DNA of 64,000 nucleotides. Source: Raja brachyura (lineage: Eukaryota). The stretch covers positions 8,122,001-8,186,000 of the forward strand of contig OY740823.1 in assembly GCA_963514005.1 (NCBI GenBank), written 5' to 3'. The notes beneath the pieces are model-generated. The model saw only the letters and a program-made list of their open reading frames with translations. It did no database searches and was not told the DNA's origin. Below, piece after piece: positions 39,051 to 50,574 of the stretch (positions are counted from its first letter, which is position 1; every line of letters starts with the position of its first letter). The position numbers were made by a program, and so were the translations under genes.

Positions 39051-39319
39051 ATTTTTTCTCACCGCTCCTCTCTCTCCCTCTCACACACGCAAGCACACGC
39101 ACACCCAGAAACATTGTAATATAAATTTGAGGAATTCCGAACATATTTAACGAAAAAACTGCACTGTGAAACCAATCTTTCAACCATCTTATTTACAACT
39201 GAACCATGAGTTTATATTGTGTAAGGGGCGGAAAAGCACGCTGTTTTATTAACCTCTTGTGCATCTGTATCAGTTAATAGATATGAAAGCGTGAGTCCAT
39301 CTTGCTGTTGAGTTAGGAG

Positions 39320-39390
39320 CCGTGTGTCAGCTCCGCTCGAGTTTACTGGCCCCGCCCACAGCAACACCGGCTTTTGCCGGGTATTTAATT
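39320..39390 (+). promoter_or_regulatory. putative IgH V promoter without a proximal octamer
   Basis: TATTTAA at 39382-39388, about 95 bp before the leader ATG; GC box GGCCCCGCCC at 39348-39357; TGTGTCA at 39323-39329; no ATGCAAAT nearby. Confidence 0.5.
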
Positions 39391-39479
39391 CTCTCTGAGA
39401 GGGTCCGAAATCCAACTTCCTTGCAGTTGGTTTGTTGCGAGTTTCTGTACAGAAACAACCGGTCACACTACCCAGCGGG

Positions 39480-39525
39480 ATGAGGTCGGCGGTTTCACTG
39501 AGTCTGTTCCTGGCGTTAATAGTCC
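39480..39525 (+). CDS. IgH leader exon
   Basis: 46-nt exon MRSAVSLSLFLALIV followed by donor GTGAGT; typical VH leader length and phase. Confidence 0.9.
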
Positions 39526-39699
39526 GTGAGTAATGAGTTGGAAACAATCCTCACGCAAGTTTCTCAGTGGTATATCCCCTACACCATTCCCCTTCTACCC
39601 ACTCTAGAACCCTCCCAATTTCTTTCCTCTTGATAATTAGAGTCGGGGATTAATGGTCAATAATTTATCCTCACCATTCATGCCTTTTTTAACTTGCAG

Positions 39700-40067
39700 G
39701 CGTCCATTCCGATATCGTTCGAACTCAGCCCAAGGCAGAGACCGCCCGTCCTGGAGGCTCCATCACACTGACCTGTGAAGTCAGCGGGTTCAGTGTTGGC
39801 CGCCACCATATGGCTTCGGTCCGTCAGTTCCTCGGGCAGGGGCTGGAGTGGCTGCTTGCCTCCCCCACTTCTCACACCAACTACTTCGCTCCGGGGATAG
39901 AGAGCCGATTTACTCCGTACACAGACAATTCGAATAATATGTTCACTGTGACGGCCAGGAACCTGAGGATGGAAGACACCGCCGTCTATTACTGTGCGAG
40001 AGATATAGACTACAGTACGCCGGTCTTGACTACTGGGGGGGAGGCACCGTGGTGACGGTAACCAGCG
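39700..40067 (+). pseudogene. IGHV: pre-joined VH-D-JH exon, non-productive
   Basis: Acceptor TTGCAG; VHS|DIVRTQPKAETARPGGSITLTC...MASVRQ...GLEWL...EDTAVYYCAR; about 20-nt junction; JH LDYWGGGTVVTVTS in a different frame, ending G|GTAAGA; V frame stops at 40053-40055; conserved Trp TGG reads TCG. Confidence 0.93.
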
Positions 40068-41767
40068 GTAAGAAACTTCATCCTATTCAGTCTCTAGATG
40101 TATCCAGTTGTAATTGTATTCTATATTTCCAATAAATATATTAAATTGTTCTTCTGGATTAATTATCCATTCATTGCAATGTTGGATCGATGTTGTTTAA
40201 GAAATGGTATGTGATTCCGCTGCAGTGAGATTCCCGATTTATGACTTTCGATCCTTTGAGTATAAAACGGATGCGGTTTAGTTCCAAATTAGTGGGAAAA
40301 TGTGCATCAATTTGCTTTCACTGTGCTTTCTAATTGTTTGAGATTGTTGTGGTTCTTGATCTGCATCTAACTGTATTTTCTGATCAACAGCAGGTACTTT
40401 GTCTCCGTTTGTTTCTTCTCAGCGCATATGAAACAAACGACAGAAACCGATAAATCCTGGGTGTAAACTGTTCAAGTTTTTGAAGTGTGTGTATTAATTG
40501 GTGGAAGCGCCTTGCCACCTATAACCCAATCGATAACAAAACTTGCATGGAAGAAGTAAACATTTCTTGCAGCAAAACACAGAAGTGCAAGGTTCATCGT
40601 CAGGGTTAATTGCGCAGTTATATATCTTGAAGTGCAATGAATAGGAAGAGCTGTGGATGATGATTTGTGCTGACGATTGACACAAAGCTGGAGTAACTCT
40701 GCCTGTCCCGCTGAGTTGCTCCAACTTTTTTTTGTCTATCTTGAAGTACAATGAGTTGGCCATGTGAACCAGTGATACAGCAAAGCTAAGAAAGCTAAGT
40801 CCGTGAAACGCGATCTATAAAATGACAATGTACCGGGTGTACTAGGGGACAGGAACTAAGGTGACGGAGGAACTGAAGGAAATTCACATTATATGGAAAT
40901 GATATCTATGTAATCCATGTGTATTGTGTTGTTCGTAGTTATTTCAACAAAGATTGGCTCCGTGGTCATTGGAACAATGAATTTCGGTGGACATTGGACA
41001 GAGATGTTTGGATTTTTGTGCAGTGTTTCAGCAAATCGATTCATCCCATCGGCGGTATCATTCTGCCGGTCATTGTGGGAGACGATATTGTTGCGCAAAT
41101 TAACCTATTTGTACGTTCAATTGGAGTGGCAGCGACCGGGTATTGCTGTTGTATGAAGTGTCGGATAATCTCTGAACCATTTATAAACAAAAACTCTTCC
41201 CTCTTCCTCCAAATCAAAAGTTTAGCCATGGTCACTCTCAGTGGCCCAAGCGAAACCTACCTAAATTATTTAATAGTAAGATTAAACGAGAACTTACCAG
41301 TTTGAAGTTTGATCTTTATTTTATGAGGTGTCACGATGAGGGATTACGTGAAGACCCCGCCAGCACGCATGCGCGACATTCTTCAAAGCAGTGGTGTGAA
41401 ATCACAGAACAAACAATCACAATGACTGACATAGTAAGAGAAAAAAGAGAACTTTCATACCAGGTGATCTTTATAATAGAGGGTCGGGAGCGGAGGGCAC
41501 GTAATCCCTCATCGTGACACCTCATAAAATAAAGATCAAACTTCAAACTGGTAAGTTCTCGTTTAATCTTACTATTTTACTTCGGAGTCACGTGAGTGAC
41601 TACGTGAAGATTTCAAAGCTCTGTGATTTCATGCCCTGGAAGCTCCATGCTCACACACCGCTAAAGCTGGGATAAGAGGATGGACGTGATTCAGACAAGA
41701 CACTGGCTGAAAAACAAAACAGGTATTTATTCATACCAAACACAATATTGTGTCCCAAAAGGGTTAT

Positions 41768-42751
41768 TTAACTGGCAGCACTTAAGATCCTCCCTGCATA
41801 ATTGTCAGGGGAGGTCACGGGTTTGTTATAAAAGCGGTGGAAGGTTCTCTCATTGTTCCAACCCGCTGTGGCCAGGATGTGATCCAGTGGTACCTCCATC
41901 CTTCTAGCCGCCGAGGTGGATGCTGCCCTGGTGGAGTGAGATTTATACACATTAGTATCCACCCCCGCCGCATCCAGTACCACCCTTAACCATCTGGAAA
42001 TGGTTTGCACCGTGACCCTGTGATGAGGCTTCTTGTGACTGACAAGCAAAGCTGTTTCCGTGCCCCTTAGATCTTTAGTGACTGAAATGTATCGCAGAAT
42101 CAATGTAACGATACAAAGACGAGTGTCCGCTGGGTAACCCAGGAACTCCAAAGTATGTCCAGACACTCCGGGTCGATCTTGCTTCAATAGTCCCTGCACC
42201 TGGAATGTGATCTTCCCACTGGTAATTGCCATGGCATCCAGACTGAGTTTGTGCAGGGACTGGACCCGTTGCGCCGTGATCAGTGCCATTATCATGACCA
42301 TTTTGTAGGTTAATTTGGCCAAAGGGAGTCCCGTGTTCGGTGTCCATCCTCGCAGCATCGTCAATACCGTGCTGATGTCCCAGGTATGGCTATATCTGGG
42401 CCTGGGGGGATTAGAATTAAATATTCCCCGCATAAATTTGGATACCAGGGGATGTGACCCAATTCCCAATTGGTCACTCCCCTTGCCCAAGTAAGACGAT
42501 AGGGCACTCCTGGCACAGTTAATGGCGCTGTAGCTTAAACCCTCATCGTAATGAAGGGTAGCCAGAAACTCCAGCACTTCCGTGATGGTGGCGGTTTCGT
42601 ATGTAGTTTTAGTAGTCACGCAGAATCTTTCCCACTTCCTGATGTAGGTCAAGTACTGCTTCCTTGTGGACTCTCTGCAGGCTCCCGTGATAGTATCAAT
42701 GGTCCTGTTGGAGAGTCCGAGTCCATGAAGTGGCCGTTTTAAAGTCTGCAA
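41768..42751 (-). CDS. DIRS1 tyrosine recombinase (intact)
   Basis: TAQRVQSLH, HSTRAASTS, AGW...TFHRFY: catalytic R, H-x-x-R, W and Y all present. Confidence 0.9.
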   Translation of the reverse strand: MQTLKRPLHGLGLSNRTIDTITGACRESTRKQYLTYIRKWERFCVTTKTTYETATITEVLEFLATLHYDEGLSYSAINCARSALSSYLGKGSDQLGIGSHPLVSKFMRGIFNSNPPRPRYSHTWDISTVLTMLRGWTPNTGLPLAKLTYKMVMIMALITAQRVQSLHKLSLDAMAITSGKITFQVQGLLKQDRPGVSGHTLEFLGYPADTRLCIVTLILRYISVTKDLRGTETALLVSHKKPHHRVTVQTISRWLRVVLDAAGVDTNVYKSHSTRAASTSAARRMEVPLDHILATAGWNNERTFHRFYNKPVTSPDNYAGRILSAAS

Positions 42752-44752
42752 ATTAACAAATCCATACGATCATGACATGGATGACTTTCTCCTGTAACAG
42801 GATGAACAAGCAGGCTTGGTCTTTTATTCACCCTGACACAGGGTTCTGTGGCCATCTTTTGTACCAGAGGGAACCATGGTTGAGTAGGCCAGTCGGGCAC
42901 TACCAAGATACCCGATGCGGAGTCTTGCCTGATTTTTTTGCAAGACCCGACTGATGAGGCAGAAAGGGGGGAAAGCGTAGAAAAACAAATCCCCCCAGTG
43001 TAGCGAGAAAGCATCCATCGCTACCGCCCCCGGGTCTGGCTCCCAAGCAACATACGTTGGTAGTTGGTGATTTAGCCTGGACACGAAAAGGTCGATATCT
43101 GGTGTCCCATAACGTTCTACAATATCTGTAAACACTTTCCGATCCAACATCCATTCTATGTTGTCGTTGAATTTCCGTGATCTGGTGTCTGCCACTGTGT
43201 TTAGTTTACCTGGTAGGTAAGTTGCAGAGATCCAAATTCCTCTTTGCAGACACCAGTGCCAGATATTGTTGGCCAATTCATCACACGATATCGACTTTAC
43301 ACCGCCCATGTGGTTAATATAGGCTACCACCGTGGTGTTGTCAATCTGTAGTCTAACATGAACTTTGTGCATGTTAGTGCAGTATGCTTTAAGTCCGTGA
43401 AATGCTGCGAGCATTTCTGAATAGTTAATCCCTAAGTTTTTAAATAGGGTTAACTCTGGTGCACTCCATCTACCTCCACAGCTAGAGGTAGTGTTAGTAG
43501 CTCCCCACCCTTTGGCACTGGCATCCGTTTGTAAGGTGATCGAGGGATTGGCGATAGTCATGGGTTTGGAACAATTTTGGGCATTACCCATCCACCAATA
43601 TAGTTCAGCTTTTGCCTTTTCTGGAATTTTCATGGGCCTATCAAAATGGCCAGCATGATTTTTGAGCGCCGTAATTTTTGCTCTTTGTAAATTTTGGTAA
43701 TGTAAGGGCCCATATTGTGCTGCAGGAAATGCAGCTACTATCTTCCCAATCACCCTGGCCACCTGCCGAATGGATGGGACCTTAATGCCAAAGAGGCTCC
43801 TGCAAGCCTCTATCAGGTCTTCCACCTTGCTTGGTGGTAACGTGACAGACATTTGCACTGAGTCAATAATGAACCCCAAATATTTCATGGTGGTAGAGGG
43901 TTCCAATATTGATTTATCTGGATGTATCGTAAACCCCAGTATCTGAAAAATATGTTTCGTGGCTGTGACTGCCAAAGTAGCCATTTCCAAATTCTCCCCC
44001 ACTATGAGGATGTCATCAAGATAGGCCATAACAGTATGATTCTGTTTCCTTAAATAGGACAAAGCTGGTTTCAATATCTTGGTAAACAATCTGGGTGCTG
44101 ACGATAGCCCATTAGGCAAAGCTTTATATTGCCATAATTGTCCCATCCAGATAAATTTTAAGTATTTCCTATGATCCTTGTGTATGGGTACTGAATAGTA
44201 TGCATCTTTAAGGTCAACGCATGCCATGTAGTACCTATTGGCTACAAGCTGAGTAGCAGTGTCGAAGGTGTCCATTTTAAAATGAATATACTGGACAGAA
44301 GTATTCAGGTCGGTCAAATCTATGATGATGCGGCACCCGCCATCTTTTTTGTTTTTAGTGAATATATTAGACACGAACTCCTGAGGTTCTTTAAAGGCCT
44401 TTTCAATTACCCCTTTTTCTATTAACCTCTGTAGTTCAGCATGCCCTGCTGCCTTATCTCTATGAGAAAGGACGAATTTCCGACTAGGCGCATGCTGTAC
44501 CGGGGTAGGGAGTTCGTGAATAAATTCAATTTTGTAGCCCTGAATACTCCTGAGTATATAAGGATCAGAGGTAAAAGTGAGCCAATTCTCGAGGAACATG
44601 TGCAACCTGCCCCCTATGCAAAGTGAATTTGGGCCAGTAGTGTTCTTGGGGATCCCAGACCCACCTACCTCCATGGTTACTGCCGGTGTGGAGGTTTCTG
44701 CCCTTGCTTCCTCGGCTGGTTGTAGGTGTTCTGGGAGTGGCGCATCTTCCAA
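42739..44752 (-). CDS. pol: DIRS1 RT / RNase H / methyltransferase; single +1 frameshift in the homopolymer at 42933-42939
   Basis: VDLKDAY, LPNGL, YLDD, LQTDAS, YAFPPF; the C-terminus KIRQD...VPDWPTQPWFP continues in ORF 42739-43014. Confidence 0.9.
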
Positions 44753-45984
44753 GGAGGCCGGCCTGGGCCTTGGCCTAAAAAAGACCGCTGTGCAGGTATG
44801 CCGGCCTTCGAGCTTTCACCACCGGCAGACCTGTTAGGGTAACTCTGCCCGGTGGGTGCGTAGGGGTGCGTTCTGTGTGGGTGATGAGGCTTAGTGTACC
44901 CAGGTACTTTAATAAGGCCCAAAGCCTTAGCCTCCTCGTCAAGATCTTTAACCTGTTTGGGGAGATCTTCCCCAAATAGCAGGCTTGGAGGCTGTGTCTT
45001 CCCAGGCTTACACAACCCCGCGAACTTGGGGTTAAGCGCCGGCTTTATAATGCTTTTCCTGAAATTATTTATTTCATACTGTGTGTTGCACAGTAAGGCC
45101 AAAGCATCTTGTAGTTCTTCCGGCATGTCCACTCCCACTGCTGTTCTGGCTACTGCAGTAATCCCTGCGGTAAGGAGCTTCAGGATCTTCTGAAGTTTCA
45201 TCTCCTGCCCTCTACTCGAGGGGCTCATGTTTCCCCATATCGGGTTGTTCACCGCGGGTACATTTAATGACTTGCAGTTTTCTGGCGCCATATATTTATC
45301 TGCTGTGGCATTGATGGCCTGTTCCTGAAGTTGGTTAGTGGCCATATAATCAATGCTGGCAGCCAGCTTGGGGTGGATGGGTAGGCCCTTCTGGTTGGGC
45401 ATGGCATGTTTGCTCACCACATCCATATAATCTTCACACACCCCTGACGCTGCAGGTGCTTCAGCCAACTCCCCTTCTTCTGGGTCAGCCCAGTTCTGAC
45501 CCTCAATGCTCCCCTGTATAGAAGGGGATACATTAGGCAGTCCTCGAAAGGAACTTGCCGTGGGCCTACTAGGGGTCCCACTGTGATCCTGCCCCTGCTT
45601 TAGCAGGTCACGTTGGAGCAGCTGCTCCATCATCCGCTCAATGCGGTCAAGGCGGCCTCCGTCGCTGCCAGCGAGCGGGGTGCCCTCGGGACCGGACTCC
45701 GCTGAGTCGGCCCCGGCCGACTTCCGGATAGTTTTCCCCTGACCGTGGCGTACCAACGGTCTCAAAGTCCGAAAAGTCGGGAGCTGCAGGTAGAACCTGT
45801 AGCTCTGGAGAGGCGGTTCTCCGTTGGCTGCTGTCCTTAGCCGCTGATTTGGCCGCCGCTCTCTTTGATTTTCTCCCTTCCATGATGGTCGACTCCCTCC
45901 TTCGGTGAGACTTACCTGGCGTGAGCTTTTAAACTCACGCTGGAGGAGCCCCGCTCCTCCCGACCGTCGCTTCCGCATGCGCAC
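44677..45984 (-). CDS. gag: DIRS1 gag-like ORF (open; true start codon uncertain)
   Basis: 435-aa ORF overlapping the pol start; homologous to copy A gag. Confidence 0.8.
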   Translation of the reverse strand: MRMRKRRSGGAGLLQREFKSSRQVSLTEGGSRPSWKGENQRERRPNQRLRTAANGEPPLQSYRFYLQLPTFRTLRPLVRHGQGKTIRKSAGADSAESGPEGTPLAGSDGGRLDRIERMMEQLLQRDLLKQGQDHSGTPSRPTASSFRGLPNVSPSIQGSIEGQNWADPEEGELAEAPAASGVCEDYMDVVSKHAMPNQKGLPIHPKLAASIDYMATNQLQEQAINATADKYMAPENCKSLNVPAVNNPIWGNMSPSSRGQEMKLQKILKLLTAGITAVARTAVGVDMPEELQDALALLCNTQYEINNFRKSIIKPALNPKFAGLCKPGKTQPPSLLFGEDLPKQVKDLDEEAKALGLIKVPGYTKPHHPHRTHPYAPTGQSYPNRSAGGESSKAGIPAQRSFLGQGPGRPPWKMRHSQNTYNQPRKQGQKPPHRQ

Positions 45985-46249
45985 GACGATATGTCGCGCA
46001 TGCGTGCTGGCGGGGTCTTCACGTAGTCACTCACGTGACTCCGAAGTAAAATTGTTATTAAATAAATACAAATGTAATTTTGAACGTCAGTCAAACACTC
46101 CTTTGAACCATTGATTTCAATTTCCACTCTGTTCACGGATTAGTGGGATTCCTGTTCTATAATTCAAATAGCAGAGAAAATGTCCTTTCCAACAATTTCC
46201 CAATTTCCATTTCACCAATTTCCATTTAGTTGGGTACATGGGACAACCC

Positions 46250-46710
46250 CTGACACAGACTGGCCGATTCCCCAAACTCTTCATCCTGTACCCATGCAGA
46301 ACTCATTGACTTAATTTTCTACAAACTTTGACCGTACAATCAAATTCACCGGGTCCATCCCCGACACATACCTCCCCTTTGTTGATCTCACCGTCTCCAT
46401 CGCAGGAGATAGACTATCAACTGACATAAATTACAAATCTACGGACTCCCACAGCTATCCGGACTACACTTCTTCCAACCTTGCCTCCTGCAAAGACTCT
46501 ACTTTGTCCTATTCCCAAATCTCCTACTCCCAAATTCATCCATCTCCGCGCAACTGCTCCCAAGACGAGTTGTTCCACACCAGGATATCCAAGGTCCTCA
46601 TTCTTTAGGGAGCAGGTATTCCCCACTTTTACCATAGATGAGGCACTCGCGCGTGTCTACACTGTATCCCGTAATTCTGCCCTTACTCCATCAACCCCAG
46701 TCGCAACAAG
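46250..46710 (+). mobile_element. Penelope-like RT C-terminal fragment
   Basis: LPFVDLTVSIAGDRLSTDINYKSTDSHSY.DYTSS motif. Confidence 0.65.
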
Positions 46711-47076
46711 GAGTTTGGTGAGATTGTAACCCCTAGGCCAACGTTAGTTATAGCCGCTGAGCATTGAGCATTCCTGAGAAACCCTGGGAATTTGACAGTA
46801 ATTAATACTGGAGGCCTATCGTTATATTTCCAACTCGGAATTGTGCGTACACTTGACAGTAACTGCCAGATATTGGCACCCCAAGAGGTTTTCAGCCAAT
46901 GTTTTCCAAGGAGGGATCAAGGCGGAATGATTAACTAATAGTTTACGATACTCAAGTGAAGTTTCATGAAATAGAAAACTGTGTAACGAATTGCTGTATA
47001 CTGATTCCTCGCACTGAATATTTTGCAAAACGAGCATGAGAGAGAGTTTAACATTCATGTGGCCTTTGACTTGCAG

Positions 47077-47373
47077 CGGCTCCATCCGCCTCCAGCCCCT
47101 TCATTCTCTTCACCTGCGAGGATCACGGCTGCAGTGGTTCGTTCACCTATAGTTGTTTGGCGTTGGGTTATTTCCCTGCGGGCGCCAGTGTTTCTTGGAA
47201 GAAAGATGATAAGCAACTGACCACCGGAGTGAAGGACTACCCGGCAGTGTTCAATAAGTTGGGAACTTACACCCGGAGCAGCGTGTTAACCATCACCGAG
47301 GCGGAGGCAGGGGGAGGCGACATCTTCTGCGTGGTTCAGCACGACCAAAAAGAGTATGAAGTGAAAGTACCAG
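47077..47373 (+). CDS. IGHM: IgM CH1 exon
   Basis: TTGCAG acceptor, G|GTTCGT donor, 297 nt; AAPSASSPFILFTC...CLALGYFP...VSWKKDDK...YPAV...GTYTRSSVLTITE...IFCVVQH. Confidence 0.92.
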
Positions 47374-47429
47374 GTTCGTGTTGGGGTTCACCGCGAGGCC
47401 GAGGGTGGAGTTGAGAGTCGAGAGCCAAG

Positions 47430-47830
47430 AGTTAAGAGTGTTTTATAGTCATATGGCCCAGATAGAACAATGAAATGTTTGCATGTATACACGCACACAT
47501 ACTCAAAACAAACAATAACAGTGCAATAATAATAGTCTATTGTAGTTCAGATGCATATGAGGTTGTAGTGTTTAATAGCATGATGGTTAAAGGGAAGTAG
47601 CTGTTCCAGAACCTGAACGTTACAGTTCTCCCGATGGCAGTGGTGAGATGAGTGTGTGGCCAGGATGGTGTGAGTCTCTGATGGTGTTGGCTGAGTTTTG
47701 ACAGCGACTCCGATACATCCCTTTGATGGGGGGTCCGAGCCGGGTATGGATTGGGCCAGCGGTCACAACATTTTGCAGCCTTTTCCGCTCCTGGATGTTC
47801 AAGTTGCCGAACCAGGCCATGATGTAATCC
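47430..47830 (-). mobile_element. degenerate Rex1-like LINE fragment
   Basis: IMAWFGNLNIQERKRLQNVV...DSHHPGHTLISPLPSG. Confidence 0.65.
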
Positions 47831-47919
47831 ATATAATTCGCAGGATTTGACAATTGAAGATAAAATGTCTTAATGTGCCCTGTTCGATTTTATTCTTCAT
47901 GTCATACTGACTGTCAATA

Positions 47920-48322
47920 AACAATAGACAATAGGTGCATGAATAGGCCATTTGACCCTTCGAGCCAGCACCGCCATTCAATGTGATCATTGCTGATCAT
48001 CCCCAATCAGTTCCCCGTTCCTGCCTTCTCCCCATATCCCCGACTCCGCTATTTTTAAGAGCCCTATCTCTTGAAAGCATCCAGAAAACCTGCCTCCGCC
48101 GCCCTCTGCGGCAGAGAATTCCACAGACTCACCACTCTCTGTGAGATAAAATGTTTCCTCGTCTCCGTTGTAAATGGCTTACTCCTTATTCTTAAACTGT
48201 GGCCCCTGGTTCTGGACTCCCCCGACATCGGGAACATGTTTCCTGCCTCTAGCGGGTCCAAGCCCTTGACAATCCTATATGTTTCAATCTCTCTCACCCT
48301 TCTAAACTCCAGAGTGTACAAG
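47920..48322 (-). mobile_element. CR1 LINE 3' fragment
   Basis: ESRTRGHSLRIR...SQRVVSLWNSLPQ. Confidence 0.8.
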
Positions 48323-48333
48323 CTTGTGACGGA

Positions 48334-50163
48334 ACGAAATATCGAGACAATTCACCATTTACAAAATCATAAACATTTATTTGGGAGCTCGAAAGGAGAT
48401 GATAATCAATGTATTATCATTACGAGTACATCCATATAATTCATGAGGAACTGATCTATCCATAGGTAGGCTACATTTTAACTCGCGAGCAATCGAAGCG
48501 GCTCGTGTTGAGAACATTATCAAGAGTATTAAAAGCACAAACACAGTCACAGAGGACAAAAGCAGAACAGTCGGCCCATTACATCCCTGTGATAACTATT
48601 TGACATCCTATGTTTAATCCTATGGTGTATTGTGTATTTTTATGTTTTTATTTTATATGGATGTATGGTAAGCTAATTTTTTTCTCTGTAAAGCACTTTG
48701 GCTACAACATTTGATTTAAAAGTGCTATGTAAATAAAAATTACTTACTTACCGAGCTATAATGTCCCCGTTTACGAGCACTTGATGTACCATGACAAACA
48801 AAGAATTTAGCAGCATCTCGGGAAGTCCAAGTGAGTGGATGGCTACTTTTAATCGGAAAAGGTGATTGTTTTTTGGTCAAAATATTGGGTGTCATTAATT
48901 GACGATAGTTTATGAGCAATTCCAATGTAGTTATTTTCAGTTCGCGGAGGCCGTGCTGAATGCAGGTCAAGAACGTGGAGATGTCCCAGAATGAGGGGTT
49001 TTTCTTTTGTTGTTAACAAATGTTGTTCTTATTTTTCAGTACAAGCAGTCTGGAAAGTTGATTACTCCTATCCATCCTTATAAGTGGTGTGTGACAGCAT
49101 GGACGTGGTCCAGGGCATGGAATCACAGAGCTTTGAAGTCGTCACAAAGTCACTCACGTGACTCCGAAATGAAATAGTAAGATTAAACGAGAACTTACCA
49201 GTTCGAAGGTTGATCTTTATTTTATGAGGAGTTGCGATGAGGGATTTCGTGCCCTCCGCTCCCAACCCTCGATCATAAATCAATTGGTAATTAGAGTCTC
49301 TTCAATCTTACTATACCAAGTCATTTCTCTGTTGTTGTTTCTGTGATTCCACACCGCTACTTTGAAGAATGTCGCGCATGCGTGCTGGCGGGTTCTTCAC
49401 GAAATCCCTCATCGCAACTCCTCATAAAATAAAGATCAACCTTCGAACTGGTAAGTTCTCGTTTAATCTTACTATTTTATCACATCGATTTGCACATCAG
49501 AACTTTTCAAATGCAATTTTAAGAAACTCAATGGTAAATTTTGCATGGAAATTTTGCACGAAATATCGAGACAATTCACCATTTACAAAATCATAAACAT
49601 TTATTTGAGAGCTTGAAAGGAGATGATAATCAATGTATTATCATCACGAGTACATCCATATAATTCGTGAGGAACTGATCTATCCATAGATAGGCTACAT
49701 TTTAACTCGCGAGCAATCGAAGCGGCTCGGGTTGAGAACATTATCAAGAGTATTAAAAGCACAAACACAGTCACAGAGGACAAAAGCAGAACAGTCGGCC
49801 CATTACATCCCTGTGATAACTATTTGACATCCTATGTTTAATCCTATGATGTATTGTGTATTTTTATGTTTTTATTTTATATGGATGTATGGTAAGCTAT
49901 TTTTTTTCTCTGTAAAGCACTTTGGCTACAACATTTGATTTAAAAGTGCTATGTAAATAAAAATTACTTACTTACCGAGCTATAAAGTCCCCGTTTACGA
50001 GCACTTGATGTACCATGACAAACAAAGAATTTAGCAGCATCTCGGGAAGTCCAAGTGAGTGGATGGCTACTTTTAATCGGAAAAGGTGATTTGTTTTTTG
50101 GTCAAAATATTGGGTGTCATTAATTGACGATAGTTTATGAGCAATTCCAATGTAGTTATTTTC
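48334..50163 (+). repeat. about 605-bp direct duplication of the CH1-CH2 intron 3' end (48334-48938 and 49558-50163)
   Basis: Two near-identical blocks, ACGAAATATCGAGAC...GTAGTTATTTTC. Confidence 0.92.
48939..49477 (+). mobile_element. DIRS1 3' fragment (YR tail, ICR, right terminus), copy-A-like family
   Basis: Homologous to 4480-5011, including the inverted repeat. Confidence 0.9.
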
Positions 50164-50169
50164 TTTAAG

Positions 50170-50487
50170 AACCCGTGGTACATCATCCTACCGTCACCAT
50201 TACCATAACTGCCCTTGATGAAATCAAGCGCAGCAGAAAAGCGATCGCCGTGTGTTTGGTCAACGATTTCACCCCAGCGAAATTTACTGTGAACTGGCTG
50301 AAGAATGGAGAGCCATTGGATTCTGGCATCGTCACCTCTCCCGCCTTCCAGGTGAACAGTAAGGTTAACTTCTCGGCGACCAGCCAGTTGACATTCCCAG
50401 CTGCAGAGTGGTTCCGAGGTTTGGTCTATACCTGCCAAGTCAACCATGAAAAAGATTTGAAAAGCCAAAACATCAGTAGGTCTCCAG
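50170..50487 (+). CDS. IGHM: IgM CH2 exon
   Basis: TTTAAG acceptor, G|GTAAGA donor, 318 nt; HPTV...AVCLVNDFTP...VNWLKNG...FSATSQLTFPAAEWF...YTCQVNH. Confidence 0.93.
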
Positions 50488-50574
50488 GTAAGAAATACAT
50501 CCGTGGTATGTCTCGGGTATTAGTGTAAACATTAGCGCTCACGGTGGTAGTACTTCACTGACATTGTGAAAGCC

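Larger units (their letters stand above)
41272..46051 (-). mobile_element. full-length DIRS1 retrotransposon (copy B) in the J-CH1 intron
   Basis: ITRs 41346-41378 / 45991-46024; ICR about 41498-41610 complementary to both termini; gag, RT-RH-MT and YR ORFs; no TSD. Confidence 0.95.

Noticed and set aside
36845-39183. ORFs containing X runs
   Set aside because: They span assembly gaps.
40011-40017. TACAGTA as a residual RSS heptamer
   Set aside because: Lacks the essential CAC, has no nonamer, and JH follows immediately; better read as D-derived sequence.
40889-41305. Overlapping short ORFs in the J-C intron
   Set aside because: No recognisable motifs or splice context; only the last 60 bp or so resemble a Penelope RT scrap.
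41302-41546. Mirror-image ORFs on both strands starting MKFDLYFMRCHDEGLR
   Set aside because: A by-product of the DIRS ICR/terminus inverted repeat.
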